A stretch of DNA of 64,000 nt from the NCBI RefSeq assembly GCF_018977255.1, contig NW_024704742.1:26290001-26354000 (forward strand), given 5' to 3'. Source of the DNA: Callorhinchus milii. Taxonomy: Eukaryota. Position 1 is the first letter of the stretch, and every line of letters begins with the position of its first letter. The translations under genes and the position numbers were made by a program. Below are positions 1-13,972 of the stretch, one piece after another. The notes beneath the pieces were generated by a model. It was not told where the DNA came from and ran no database searches. It worked only from the letters and a program-made list of their open reading frames with translations.

Positions 1-551
1 AATGCAATTCAAATCAATCTTGTGACATTGTGAAAGGCTAGGTATTTTCATATGGGTTGGCGAGGGGAGTCAATACCAAAAATAATTAAAGCATCATTAG
101 GGCAAGTATAGTCAGGCAGATATTTAGAGCATTTCCAGCAGCTATATACAAAGCAGCAAAGCCAGAGGCCAGGGCAGGTGTTCTAGCCACCCCCAGACCA
201 GAGGTACATTAGGCACTGAAGGAAATTTCAATGGTTTTTCACTAAGAGACGATCAGTACTCAGACAGTGTTACTACACAACAGCAGCAAATGCAAGATCT
301 CTGAGAAATAAAACATCAATTTTAGCGAGAACAGAAGGTAGTGCACAGCCCGCAGTAGGTGCAAATAGTCATATTAAGTCACTTGACTACCTTGCCATAT
401 GAGGTTAGTTCAAATGAGCATGAAGAGCTCTTCTCCCAGCTGGCAAAGTTGAGGTTGTTAAATGAAAATATTGACCGTCTCCACGAGAAAGGACAAAAGA
501 CAAGGAACCAATGGACAAAAGGCCAGAAAGTACAAGCACTGGGTCATTTAC

Positions 552-614
552 CTTCTCTGCCAGTTCCTGGTTGTTTTTAAAAAGTAACTGTTTTTCTTCC
601 ACCCATTTTGAGTC
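552..614 (-). CDS. JAKMIP1: JAKMIP1 coding exon 11 (21 aa): DSKWVEEKQLLFKNNQELAEK; the gene continues beyond the left edge
   Basis: Acceptor ttttAG|GAC, donor AAG|GTAAAT, 63 nt. Overlaps ORF 405..602. Confidence 0.92.
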
Positions 615-1754
615 CTAAAAATATACAAACGGCAAGAACAAAAAAGGAAAAAGTTAAAAAAATTATAAAACTGCCCCGCAAAGAAAAAACGCCAGGATAT
701 ACCTTCACTGTCACTGCAACGAGCAAAAAATCCAATTATTGTGTTTTGAAAGGATAAAGAACATTTATTAAAAAAATAAAATATATTAAGACTATATATT
801 TAGAGACATAAAGGAAATATAGTCTAACTGTTGACCACAGATGCTGCTCAAGTATCCATCTAAGCTCTGCTACCACTAAATTTTCTTTTTAAAGTAATGC
901 AACTTTTTTTGTCCCTCTAATGGTGAAAATATATTTTTAAAGTAGATACTTTTAAAGATACTAGAAACAGACTTCACCGAGAAATACAAGATGCATTCAT
1001 TTACACACTTCTTTGTGCTCCCTCAACACTGAGCCATTGAGGTCACCAGCAACAGATAAGCAATGATACAACCAGTCCTGTCTTACTATAACAGTCCTCA
1101 GTCACTTGCACTGAAAAGGACTTGAAGCAATAAATAGAGTGGAATTTTTATTTCATAAAACTGTTTGTGTTTCTACATACTGTAACACACTGGTTCAACA
1201 GAAAGCTCTACTTACATATCTCAATAAATGGAGGGAGGATGGAAAAAAAAGATTCCGCACAGAAACTGAAATAATTTAAGATCAAATCCATGAAAATCAC
1301 AGCAAGCCAAATAAAAGCAGGACCTTCTAGAAAATGTGGCCGATTCAAATTCTATATTAGCAAAAAGCACAGAGGTAGTGAAATCCAATGCAAGTCAAAA
1401 CATAACCTTAGTGTTGACTGTTTTGTACAGTAATAGCCTGTTAGATGAGATTTTCTAGAGAACAGTTCATTGCCAATGATTCTATATTTCAAAAATTGAG
1501 GAAAGTAGGGGAGAAGTGTACTTTGTACTGAAGTCACCTGGCTATCTATTTTAAAACTACAGAAAAATCCCATGAAGGTGTAGATTAATAAACCTAGAGC
1601 TTGCCAGCCCTGGTAATACACTATGTACAAGCATGGCAGTGTGCAATCAGAATGTGAGAAGGGATTTTTTTTCAGGGAGAAACTACATTTATCGTATTGC
1701 ATGGATTAGGGAGGCAACCCAAACACAAATTCAATTTACGTCAACTCAATTTGC

Positions 1755-2088
1755 ATCCCTACCAACCTGCCCGCTCCCTCCGCTCCACTCATCAGGCTCC
1801 AGCCTGCTCCATGTCTCCCGCCTGACCCGCCCTACCATCAGTGGTCAGGCTTTCAGCCTCTCTGCCCCCACACTCTGGAACTCTATCTCACGGTCCCTTT
1901 GCCTCGCTTCCTCCCTTGCATCCTTTAAGACCCTTCTCTTCGACCATGCCTTTGGTCTCCCTCCCACCTCTCTGCCTTCCCTCACCCCTACACCACCCTC
2001 CCCCATGCTCGGGCCCCGACATCAGTGCTTTGGGATGTCCCCCCGATGTGAAAGGCGCTCTATAAATGTAATTTTGTTGTTGTTGTTG
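1755..2088 (+). mobile_element. L2-clade LINE 3' end
   Basis: ORF2 C-terminal remnant (GQAFSLSAPTLWNSI...SFKTLLFDHAF), then the tail tgggatgtccccccgatgtgaaaggcgctctataaatgtaatttt(gtt)n. Confidence 0.85.
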
Positions 2089-2239
2089 TATGTGAATAAT
2101 CCCTTGCATCTAAAAATTGCAAACACTACATAATTACTGGATAGTATTAAGTTAGGTTTAATGGACCGGAGAAATTTCAAAACTCACACACAAATCAGAG
2201 TAGGTTATAGACCTTTGTGTTTATGAGTGCTACAGTTTT

Positions 2240-2396
2240 CCATGACTGTTTGTGGAACACTGCTATGCACAATTGGCTGCTGTGTTTTGTCTACAAAATA
2301 GTCAATTCACTTTACAGTATATTCTGTGGAGCACTTTGAGATGTCTCGACAATGAGATAAGGAGCTATATCAAATGCAAGGATTAATATTATTATT
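2240..2396 (+). mobile_element. tRNA-Deu-L2 SINE, 3' fragment
   Basis: Deu-like core (gactgtttgtggaacactgctatgcacaattggctgc) and tail caaatgcaaggatta..., matching the full copy at 36345. Confidence 0.8.
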
Positions 2397-2830
2397 TGGG
2401 GGGGGTGAGGTGGGAGGAGTGGGAAACAGCAGAAGAGGTGGGTCAAGAATGCCATATAACTCAAGGCTACAGTTTTGTACCATCCAAGACAGTACAGTTT
2501 GGTAGCCTTGAAACACATTTCAAAAGAAGGCTTGTAACTCAATTTTTAAAAGCATATTTGTAGGTATATTCAGCAATTCTGTACACGTCACATCAGAGTC
2601 ACTTTCTTGACACGTGCTCAGCTAGCATGTGAGCATGAAAGGGCAACTCACATATAGTTTACCACTTGAGAACATGGATAGATGAAGCAATGTTTAATAA
2701 CTGGGAAATGGGCGAAAGTATTGTCGAAAGTATTTGCGAAAGATAAATTTCTCTGAAATATTAGTGACTGCCATTCACAAAACTATCCCAGCAGTGCCAG
2801 TACTGCATGCAAATTCTCAGAGCCTTTTAC

Positions 2831-2914
2831 CTGGCCCTTCTCAGCAAGTGACTTCTCCAGGTCCTCGATTTTTGCTTGGCATCGGATGAGGTCGGCTTGG
2901 AGCTGTTCACGAGT
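2831..2914 (-). CDS. JAKMIP1: JAKMIP1 coding exon 10 (28 aa): TREQLQADLIRCQAKIEDLEKSLAEKGQ
   Basis: Manual translation. Acceptor cggcAG|ACT, donor CAG|GTAAAA, 84 nt. Confidence 0.93.
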
Positions 2915-3891
2915 CTGCCGAGGTAAAATGAAGAGAGATCAATTGCAAGACCAGCTGATTAATACACTCTCTCGGCCTGCGTGTGACTGGGAAAGTTCTC
3001 AACTATATTGTTCCATTGGAGAAAGAATATCCAAGGGAATAATTTATTGAAGTTGGTAACCCAGTTCCTTGGAGTTGATTTCAATCATTCAGACCTTTCA
3101 TAAATGGTATGCCAAGTGTGTACTCACTCTCTCTTACTTTGCTATTATCATTTAAATTACTCATCAGTGCTCCAAGACGGTACCCTGCGTGAAGGGCATT
3201 TATAAATGCGAGTTGTTATTACGTTGTTATTGTTCTTGTTTGCTACTCTGGCTCACTCTACTCTTGAAACCAGTTTGTATAACATTAGACATAACATGCA
3301 GAACGAGACTTGAGATCGCACTGATGTCATTACTATTGTTAACAAATCAAGGTTCAATGGTAGTCTTAACTAAAGCTTGTTTTATAGTCTCTGCTCCAGT
3401 TCGTTGGACTCTCTTCCATTTCCCTCATGACTATCAAAAATTATTCTCACATCTTTTAAAACAAATGTTAGGTGTGATAGTAATGTAAATCAACTCTAGA
3501 TCTGATGCAAACATGAACTTCTAATGTGTCTGATTGCTCCCATTCAAGAATATGCGACCATCTATAAATAATGTCTCAAATAAAGGAATCTAAAGTACTT
3601 CCAGATTCAGACATTCTTCCCCCTCCTTTACAAACAAACTGAATGCACCACAAACTGCAGATTTTCGAACTGCATCCCTTGTCTGGTATCTATCTTTTTC
3701 AGCTTGGATTGAATGTTATAATTCAACAGGCTTTGTGGTGCAAGGAGTTGAAAATTGGCCAATTTCATTCATATTTCCTGACAGAGCAGCGATAAATTTC
3801 AGTATTTCATTCCGAACCATTTAAAAACATTGAAAGGACAATTCATATAAACAAAATTGAGCAGAACACCAATTTCCCCAGAGTGGTGCTA

Positions 3892-4086
<195 letters not shown>

Positions 4087-4599
4087 TTAGACATCCATTC
4101 ACAAAATATTTAAGCAAGAAGTCTCCATTCACCTTCTCTTTACTTTAGCAGGTTATGAAACACTCACTGAGTTCTGAAAGCGCTCCTCAGGAAAGCAGCG
4201 AGGTAAATCGTGTCACCTATTGATGATGGTAAAAACGCCTCAGGTTGAAAGTACAGCTCCTGCAAGGAACCCTATGTACATCATGCCGACTCCCAAGGCC
4301 TTAACTCTGAGGCAGTCTCAGGTCTAAGACCAGTTCTCCTGGCTTGATGGGGGGGGGGGATGGGGAGGTCCATGGGCTCTCTGCAGGAGAAGCACTTTAA
4401 GTGCCAAAGCCACAGTACTTTTTGTAGCACTAAGACACTTCCACTTTCATGAGGAGTAAGTTTCAATTGAGTTATTTTGCGCTTTTGCCAACTTTAATAG
4501 TGCACTTATTACAGGAAGTTTGTTGTCATAAGTTTCACAAACAAGCATATCGAAGATATAAATGTTGTGAAATCTAAATACGGGGGAAGTTTGGTAAAT

Positions 4600-5047
<448 letters not shown>

Positions 5048-6964
5048 TTATACCTGGTTGATACTGTAATGAATAATGACAACACCTCTGCATACATCCA
5101 CAAGAACAAGGAGATGATTCAATTCATATGAGCACATTGTATACTCTCTATATAGAGAGTAAATGCTCTAGAGGAGGAGAGCCGTTCGGTGGCTGGAGAG
5201 CTGCTGGGCACCAGGAGCGGTTGAGTTAGGGTCCAGATGTAGGTATTGGTTTTGCCAATGTGGCGACAAGTGTTTTGTCCAAGGAGGGGTAATAGTGATT
5301 CCAGGCACTATTGTGTTGCTAATATTGAGACGTAGTGAGTCTGTGTGCTGTAGTCACCCTGCCCAGCCCTGCCTTGTCCAGCCCAACCCAGTCACCAGAA
5401 GAGCAAGCAGGCACATTGCAAACAGCCTGTTCTCAAAGGGGATTAAAAGAGACAAATTCTGGAAAGTCACCAGCCATTTGCTGAACTCAGCTACACTGTG
5501 AACAGAATTTCTTTTGATCTATTATTCATGCTCCCGTCCCAAACAGTTCATTTTAACAGCATTTTTTGTGACTGTTTGCAGATCTGTTCTCAGAATATAT
5601 CAATGTAAGCATCAAAAAGGTACAGCAAAGCAATGCATCACCACCACTTGTTTTTTTAACTGACATTCATTATGCTTAACAAGGGGCTGGATAACCAGAA
5701 GGAATCCACCAAAGCATTCATCTCAGCAGCAAGCTCTGTGATAAGCCTGAATCCCAGGCCTGCGGGGTACCGTATTAGTTACTTGATAGTATAAGCACGT
5801 TACTGCCCTCTTCAAAGCCGACAGAACCCATCAATGGAGTTCTGCCTCCATGCTCGACACACAAGAAAAAAAATCAACGTTTCAGTATTGCTAGGGGGGA
5901 AAAAAGAGAGAGCTCTTCAATTCACTTTCCATTTCAGATTTAACCCTTTTATCTCCCGGCCACAAAGCCTTTTCGCAATGCACATCACCCCGTTCCTCAT
6001 CAAGTTCACACTGAAACGGGCTGAGAGTGAATGAACATGGAAGGGTCACAGAGATCCATACAAACATTTCCTTCTCTTCCAACTCTTTCCTGTCCCATCC
6101 TCAAGCAAACTAAATTACCACCACGATTAACATTAACGGATTTAAATTCATATTCAAACACACAAGGAAAAAAACAATTTCACAACATAATTTCAAACAA
6201 CCCAACTTTGTAGGTTTACACCGAAATCCGTGTTACAAAAGTGGAAATACAGTTTCCTGATAGACAACCCGATATTACGGTAATGGTGAATCGTTAATTA
6301 GTATTTAGTATCATTAATTAGTAGCATTAATGTCCTGCAAGTAAGAGAAGGCGAATCCCAGGAGATGTGAGTCAGAGTTGTAATCTGCCACCTCACAAAC
6401 CCTCCACAGACTCAGTAAAGTCCCCATTTTCCACTCATAGTAACCATTGTTACTATGGTTTCCTATCCAAAAAATAACTTCTCGATCTTTGCCTGAAGGT
6501 TGCTATGGGGTAAAGGGAGGAGGGGGATAGAAAAGAGGAGAAACAGGAAGGAGAACCATCTCTTGGCCATGTGTCTCAATCACCTTCTTCAAAGCAGCAT
6601 TGATGGAGATTGCAAAAGCAAAACAAGGATTTTTCCTTTTGCCTGAGGAAACGCATGACCTGAACATGATTGAAGTAAGTCTGCCTGGTTCTAATCTCAA
6701 ATATTGTACCAACTCAGAGAGAGGAGGAAGAAACTGAAAAAATATATCATTACAAACATTTATTAGGAAGGGACTCCAAGGTTGCATTTCAGCTTTGGGT
6801 CTCAGGTGACAACCTTTTTTTGTGTGACCCAGCTTCCAATCTGGATCCCTGGAGATCCAACTGCAGATTAATTGAGAATTAATTCCCAGATGCAGCTACT
6901 CACTATTCACTCCAAACATAGCGGAACTAGTCTGCCTTTAAAGGAGCAGTTTAATGTTTTGGCT

Positions 6965-8240
6965 GACAACAACACAAACAATAAATTCCATTTATACAGC
7001 ACCTTTCACATCAGAAGGATGTCTTCAAGGCACTGGACAGTCAAGGATTTGCATCTGAGCTAGGGGTTGGAATCAAGAGGGGAGGTGGGCAACAACAACA
7101 ACAACAAATTACATTTGTATAGCACCTTTCACATCAGGCAATTGAAGAAAGTGACTGGGGGTAAAAAGGCTGATGGCCTGACCACTGATGGTGAGGAAAG
7201 CAGGGTGGGGGACATTGAGCACGTCAGTGAAAGCAGGGAGCAGGCTAGTTGGTAAGGAGGTAGGGAGGGGCAAGACTGTGGAGGGCTTTAAATGTGAGAA
7301 CAAGGATCCTAAATTCAATCCTCCAGGGGATGGGGATTCAGTGGAGCCAGAGAGGATGGGGGTGAAAGGCTCACTGAGCTTGGTGTAGGAGAGGATATGA
7401 GCTGCAGTGTTCTGAATAATCTGCAACTTGTGGAGGGAAGAATTGCTAAGTCAAGCCTGGACATGACGAAAGCCTGGATGGGGGTCTCAGCAGCCTGAGT
7501 GGAGAGGTAATAGCAGAGGCGGACAATGTTGCGGAGGTGGAAGGCAGTATGGTGGAGTGAGCATCCATGAATAATGATGGTGAGGAGGCGCTGATGGGAA
7601 CCAATCAGTAGAGCTTCCATCTTGTCGACATTCAATTGGAGAAAGTTCGCTCTCATTCAGCACTTGATATCTGACAAGCAATCTGTCAGGACAGCAGTGG
7701 TCCTGGAGTCGAGGCTGGAGGCAGAGACATAGAGTTGGGTGTCATCCGGATAGATGCAGAACAACAACAACAAGATTCCATTTATAGAGCGCCTTTCACA
7801 TCAGGCGCTGTACAGTTGGGTCAGGACCCGAGCAGGGTGAGGGGAGGGAAGGGAGGGAGGGAGGAGGGGGTAGACAGTCGAGAGGGGAGCTGAAGGCACC
7901 ATCAAAGAGAAAGGTCTTGAGACCGGCCTTGAAGGAGGAAAGGGAGGAGGCGGCGAAGGCACTGGGGGATAGAGTTCCAGAGCCTAGGGGCTGGAAGTTA
8001 ACCCTATGTCTGTGAATGATGTTACCAAGCAGCAGCAGCACGTGAATACTGAGGAGAGGATTAAGGACAGAACCCTAAACCATGTTGCATGTGATGGTAC
8101 AATGGCTGAAGGAGAAGCTGTTAGCAGATACAAAGTGGACATGATGGGAAATCAAGGAGCAAAACTAAGCAAGGACAGAACCGTGAAGGTGGTGCTGAGA
8201 GGTGAGGCAGTGGAGGAAAATAAGAGTGGTCAACAGGTGC
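6965..8240 (-). mobile_element. Decayed L2 LINE RT region carrying nested younger L2 3' tails
   Basis: Minus-strand peptides LLGNIIHRHRVNF, YPDDTQLY (about 7755-7730), NFLQLNVDKMEALLIGS, QAFVMSRLD and QIIQNTAAHIL. (caa)n-started tails lie at about 6965, 7090 and 7760. Confidence 0.85.
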
Positions 8241-8745
8241 AGTATAGCAACAGAATGCAATATTGGAGGCAGACAGGCTTCACAAAATTGTACATCAGAT
8301 ACGTCTTCTAAAGGTACTTCACAAGAAGCCAGAGTTACCAGGAAGCACTGTCACAAAAAATCAGGTTTGCTACTAGGATAGTTCTCTTTGAATTAGTATT
8401 GTAACTGAGACAGCAAAGATTTTTTCCAGTGACCTACTTAAATCAGCGTCTCATTATTTTTACATCTCAACAACAATTACATTTGAGAGTTATACAAAAA
8501 ATAAACTGCTGCAATTCCACAGACTGCTCCAGTAAGTAGTGATGTGGCATTTCAAGAGGTATTGAGCATTGGCTGATGATTGTAAGTCTTCAGAGCTGCT
8601 GTACATTTACACTTTGGTTTCTTAGTTATGTTTACAGAGATAACCATATGCTCAAAAGCCAACAATTACATAGAGCAACACGTGGAGTCCAGATTTATTT
8701 TAGCATACAAATATATGTTGCTGATAAGTAATTCAAATTTCTGCG

Positions 8746-9182
8746 TGGCTCAGATGGTAGCACTTTTGTCTCCGAGTTAAAAAGTTGGGACTTTGAACTC
8801 ACAGTCTAGACTGACACTCCAATACAATGCCGGGGGACGCTGCATTATTGGAAGTGCCATACTTCAGTTGGGAGACTTTACACCAATTTGCCATCTGTCC
8901 TTTCAGATGGACATTAAAGATCCCAAGGCATTATTCGAACCAAAGGTTTGCCCTGGTGGTGCTGGCAAACCCCAGACAAATCCACAGATAATTTATTCCC
9001 CAGGCAAAATTGGTCATTCATTTCATGGCTGTTTGTGGGACATTGCAATGTGCAAATTGGCTGTCATATTACCCTACAAAATATGCAATCACTATACTTT
9101 ACAGTTAAATCCTGCGAAGGACTTGGAATGTCCTCCAAATGTGAAAGGCACTATATCAAATCCAAAGATGATTATTATTATC
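8746..9182 (+). mobile_element. Older tRNA-derived DeuSINE (SacSINE1-like)
   Basis: Head tggctcagatggtagcac, Deu region (gatggacattaaagatcccaaggca...gtttgtgggacattgc) and an L2-like tail with (att)n. Confidence 0.7.
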
Positions 9183-12100
9183 TATCCAAAGATCACAATA
9201 CAGGTATATTAGTTACTTGTGCACATTCATGAACATTACATCTATAAATAGACAGAAAATCTATGACCCTTACGCATTATCTCATGCTTCATATACTGTC
9301 TATTTAATTACATGGGACAGGATCTCTCTCTTTACAATTTTATATTTGAATCTACTCATAGAATCTATGATTCTATAAGTTTGCAGGGCTAAGGGGAGAG
9401 AGCAGGAGAAATGGATTGATTTGAGTAGCTCTTTTCAAAGAGCCGTCACAGACACATTGGGCCGAATGGCCTCCTTCTGTTCTGTATAATTCTATGATGC
9501 TCCAAACTCAACCCAATAAAGTGTCATCCATTGACCACTTCTCAGGTCTTATGGCAGGAACACAAAATCCTGATATAACTGAGTGGATACGGGAGAAGCA
9601 ATCCTCAGATATGAAATCTTGCATTTGATATGACGTCTTTCATGTCAGGGAAATATCTCAAACCACCGCACATGTTTTAAAGTGTAGTGACTGTACATTC
9701 TGTAGATGAACATGCCAGCCAAATTGCCCACAAACAACCATCAGATATTGTAATATTTCTCCAATTAGCCAGTGCAAGCTAATGACTGAGTTTTCAAAGC
9801 TTTTATCTATTTCATTAGGGAAGAATTGAATCAGTTCTTATTTGCTTTGGCTCTGGCCCCAATATTCCTGAACTCTCTCTAAAGTGCACATGTAACTAAT
9901 ATACCTGTATTGTGATCTTTTCTGCAAGAGGAGCAGCAAATAAATTGAGTGTTGATCCAGTGTGAATAGTATGGGAACCCATCTTCTGAAAACCTTTCAT
10001 CAGAAACACTGCAGTCTGACAATTGACTCTGCTGGCCAATGGTCCATTGAAAGCTCTCAGGTCAGTCACATGAAGACCAAGGATTGTATTAACACACAAC
10101 TCTAAAATTGGCTTTAATTTCTTCAGCACTCTGACACAATGCAATGAGCAGGAAGGTTAAATCAAGCTCATCACTAACTGTATATGCCCTGTACGTGGGA
10201 AGGAAGAGAAGAACTTTGTTTTTACAATGTTGACCTAGTGCGTGAATATTGTATAAAATGCAACTTACACTGCATTTATACATTTTCTTGTTTTTAGACT
10301 TCCTGTGCATAATCTTAAATTGTAATCTGCCATTATGTTAAACCAATCAACCATATCAGCTTTGAATTGTCAAGGAAAGGAGCCGGCAGTTTGCAATGAC
10401 CCTCTGTATTCATTGTTATTTAGCAGAGTTAACAATAATGTAACTTCAATCTTTGTACTAAAGCATGTCTTGCATTTTTATGAAACATTACTTTTTGTAG
10501 AGCTCAGATGGTATAGGGAAAATTAGGTGTTTTGATCATTATAAGCATGTCCTGATTTGTTAACTCTGCTTCTAAAAGTGCATTTAAAGGCAATGCGAGC
10601 AAACCGTTTTAATGGAAAAGATTGTTTGGTTTCTTGCTGTTTGCTTCTGAAGCTCATTAAAGCCCTTGATGTGTATGACTAGTTCCTAATTATCTTGTTT
10701 CCACTGGAGGATTGTTGCCATGTAAATCCTGATTAATCTGTGTTTGGGGATTGGTGAGAAGACCCAGTGAGCCTTTTTTTCTTGCCGTTAACTTTTCCTT
10801 TGCATGGCTAAGTAAGAGTGTGTTTCAAAGCTTAAAGTTCCCTTGAGGGATTTTAGTGACAAGACAAATCCAGAGAATGGCACTTGTGTGGCTGACACTA
10901 TTATCGGAGCCCTAGCAACACATTACACACAGCCTTTTATTGCACTTCCAAGCATTATTCTGTTTTACTGAGTAATATTTTGTTTCCACTTTGGATTTTT
11001 GTAGCCTTCCTCGTGGGAAAAACTGAGGGCAGACTGAAGGTCATCTCCTTTGCTCTGTATGGTTCACGGTCTAGATTTATATGTAATACTGCACAATATC
11101 TGCTGACCCTCCAATATTTTCTCAATTACAAAGATCCCATGGCATTAGTCAAAAAGAGTCAGAAATGTCTTTCGGTGTCCTGGCCAACAATTCCCCAAAT
11201 AAAATGGGTCGTTCATTTCATGGATGTTTGTGGGGCATTGCTGTGCACAAATTGCCAGTAATTTTTTTTCACCTACAAATTACAATCAATGCTGTGATGT
11301 ATTTTGCGATGCCCTCCTTATCTTGCAAGACAATGAATCAGATGATAAAATTATGGTTAAAATGTCTCAAATTCCATCCAGATCAAAAAAAATTGCTTTA
11401 AACTTAGTTGAAAAAACCTCTGCTAATGCTTAAATAAACAATACTTATGTATGTGAAATTGTGTCACACTGACCTGGGAGTGTCCCAGCCTGATTCTCTG
11501 CGCTATTGATTGATCTCAGTTAATGCAAAGAGAGGTGCTATATTGTTTTCAGTATTCAACCAACAAAACCAACAACAATTTACACTTATTACAGCACATT
11601 TCACACAAGGAGTCTGAGTGGGACTTCGAGCTGCAGGTGGGAGGAGGTTGCAGGCAAAGATAGTCTCTAGTGATGGCTGCCATTTCTTTCTGGTCAAATA
11701 CAGGCAATCCCTGGCAATCCCTGGTTCATATTGCTGCTAGGGGGAGATCTACATCTGTAAAATACAGATAGTATTCAGAACTAGGAAACAATCGAGTTTA
11801 TGAAAAATAAATAATATGCAAGCAAATAAATAAGTAAACAAATAAATTGAAGTCGTGTGATGTGGATTCTGCCTGTTGGGTAACTGAGACAGAACCCAAA
11901 GTACATGGAATTTCAGATCTGTTCTATTTGAAGCATGAGACTGTGATTTTATTTTTCTTGTCCACCACAGAACATGAAACCATTAAATTGCTGCAACAAG
12001 CCCCCACTTGTTCACAGCACGAGAGTCCTTCTACACTTTCTGGATGCTGCAAATAAGCAGAATGTTTACACTATTGCAGGGGTGACAACTGCAAATGACT

Positions 12101-13554
12101 TTATTATTGACATTAAACTTTACCATCTCACAAGCCAACATCTTCTAAGGTTAACATTTCAAGCAGAAGACATGAAGATCATAATAATCTAGTCACAGAG
12201 TAAGAGTTATTTTTTAAATTCAATTGCAATGGATATTGCTTTCTTACAAGTCTGATCAATTTATGATTGGGATTTTCATTCAAGTCACACACAATGTAAA
12301 TCACATTTCTATTACTAAGTTCAGAGATGTCGCTGCTGTAGTTTAATCATTTTTCGGTTCCCAATTCAATTTAGCAAACACCGATTTCAACAAAATATGC
12401 TAGTGCTGTACTGAGCCTGAGAAAGAAAAAACTATTCAAAAGAAATAAGACTGTAAAAATAAATCGAATAATTCCAAATGGAATTAAAGTCAAAATATTT
12501 TTACTGTTGTGAAACTGAAAATGATCTTTAAACAAAATGCAAAGTATTGCAAATACTTGAAGATTCTTGCAAAGAAATAACGATGGCATCTGTGTTCCTA
12601 ATTATTCCCCATTATATACATAGATTGATAAATTCATAGAAGGTACACTCACAAATAGGCCATTTACATATATACACCCACAGAAGCCAAATACACATAT
12701 ATAGAATTCTCAAGTCTTAAGTCTCAGTTAAGCAATCGTATCTTAAGTCAACTTGAGGAAAAATAAAACACATGAACTGCTAGAAGGATAAGCTTACCTT
12801 CATGCTTGTAAGTCATCTCTTGACAGCCAGAGAAATAGAGGCAAACCAAAGCGCACAGACAAATGAAAGAAGAAAAATACAGAACCAACAGTAAATAATC
12901 CATTTTAACCCCTCATATGTTTTGCAATATCTTGCTTATTGAAATGCTCGAGTTAACCTGCAACAATAGTAGTAAAAATTTTAAAATCTACTAAATAGTA
13001 TTCACAGCATTGATGAATGACTATTTTCTGCTTTCCACATCAGTGCAGCCTTTGTAATGTGAAAATCTTGAGTGGCTTCTGTTTTCCTATGAGTGCTGCT
13101 TGCTTCATGTGTTCACCTAGGAAATGTGAAGCATACATATGCAAAGCCAATATTTCTCAAAGCTTCCGTATGACTCTCTTGGGTCTTCTGGCCACTCCCT
13201 TAGTCTCACAGTAGTACTCCGCTGGTTTTGATTTATTCTAATCATAAACTCATTTCTCCCATACATTAGTCCAAGAGATCTGCCTGCTGAGCAGACTCCT
13301 TGCCTCAATCCCTCCACCTTGACCCATCTTTGCCCATTTTCAGATCGCACCTGAAGACTTTCCTCATCAATTGTGCCTTTGGTCACCTCCCCTTTCTCTC
13401 TGGCTTGGCATCAAATGATGCCATTGTTCAGCACTCCAAGATGCTAACCTGTGTAAAAGGTACTACATAAATATAAGGTGTTGTTGTTGACAGGTATAGC
13501 AACATCAAGGTTAACTTCTATACTTTCATCCCACATACATAAAGACCATGAATA

Positions 13555-13972
13555 ATAATAATCCTAACATTTTATATAGTTCCGTTCACATAGGGAGGAA
13601 GTCTCAAAGTGCTTCACAGGATATCTTGAAAAGTGAGTATTTTGTAAGCCGAATGTGAAGCATTGCATTGTCCCATAGTCATGAAGTGAACGACCAATTG
13701 TATCCTGAAGGACTGTTAGCCAGAATAGCGGGAGAAACTTCCTTCTCGTTTCGAACCCTGCGGTGGGATCTTTAACATCTACCTGAACAGGCAGATAAGA
13801 CTTCAGTTTAATGTCTCATCCGAAGGGTGGCACCTCCATCATTACAGCAATCCCCCAGTCCTGTCTGCACAGCAGCGGCATTTTAGACTACGCGTTCAAA
13901 GCCCGACATGGGGCTTGAACCCACAACCATCTGACTCAGAGGGCAAGAGTTCTACCACCGAGCCAAGGTGAC
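13555..13972 (-). mobile_element. SacSINE1-like DeuSINE
   Basis: Reverse-strand head (ggggcttgaacccacaacc...ctaccaccgagccaag), gggatctttaacatc core and an aataat tail. Confidence 0.65.
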
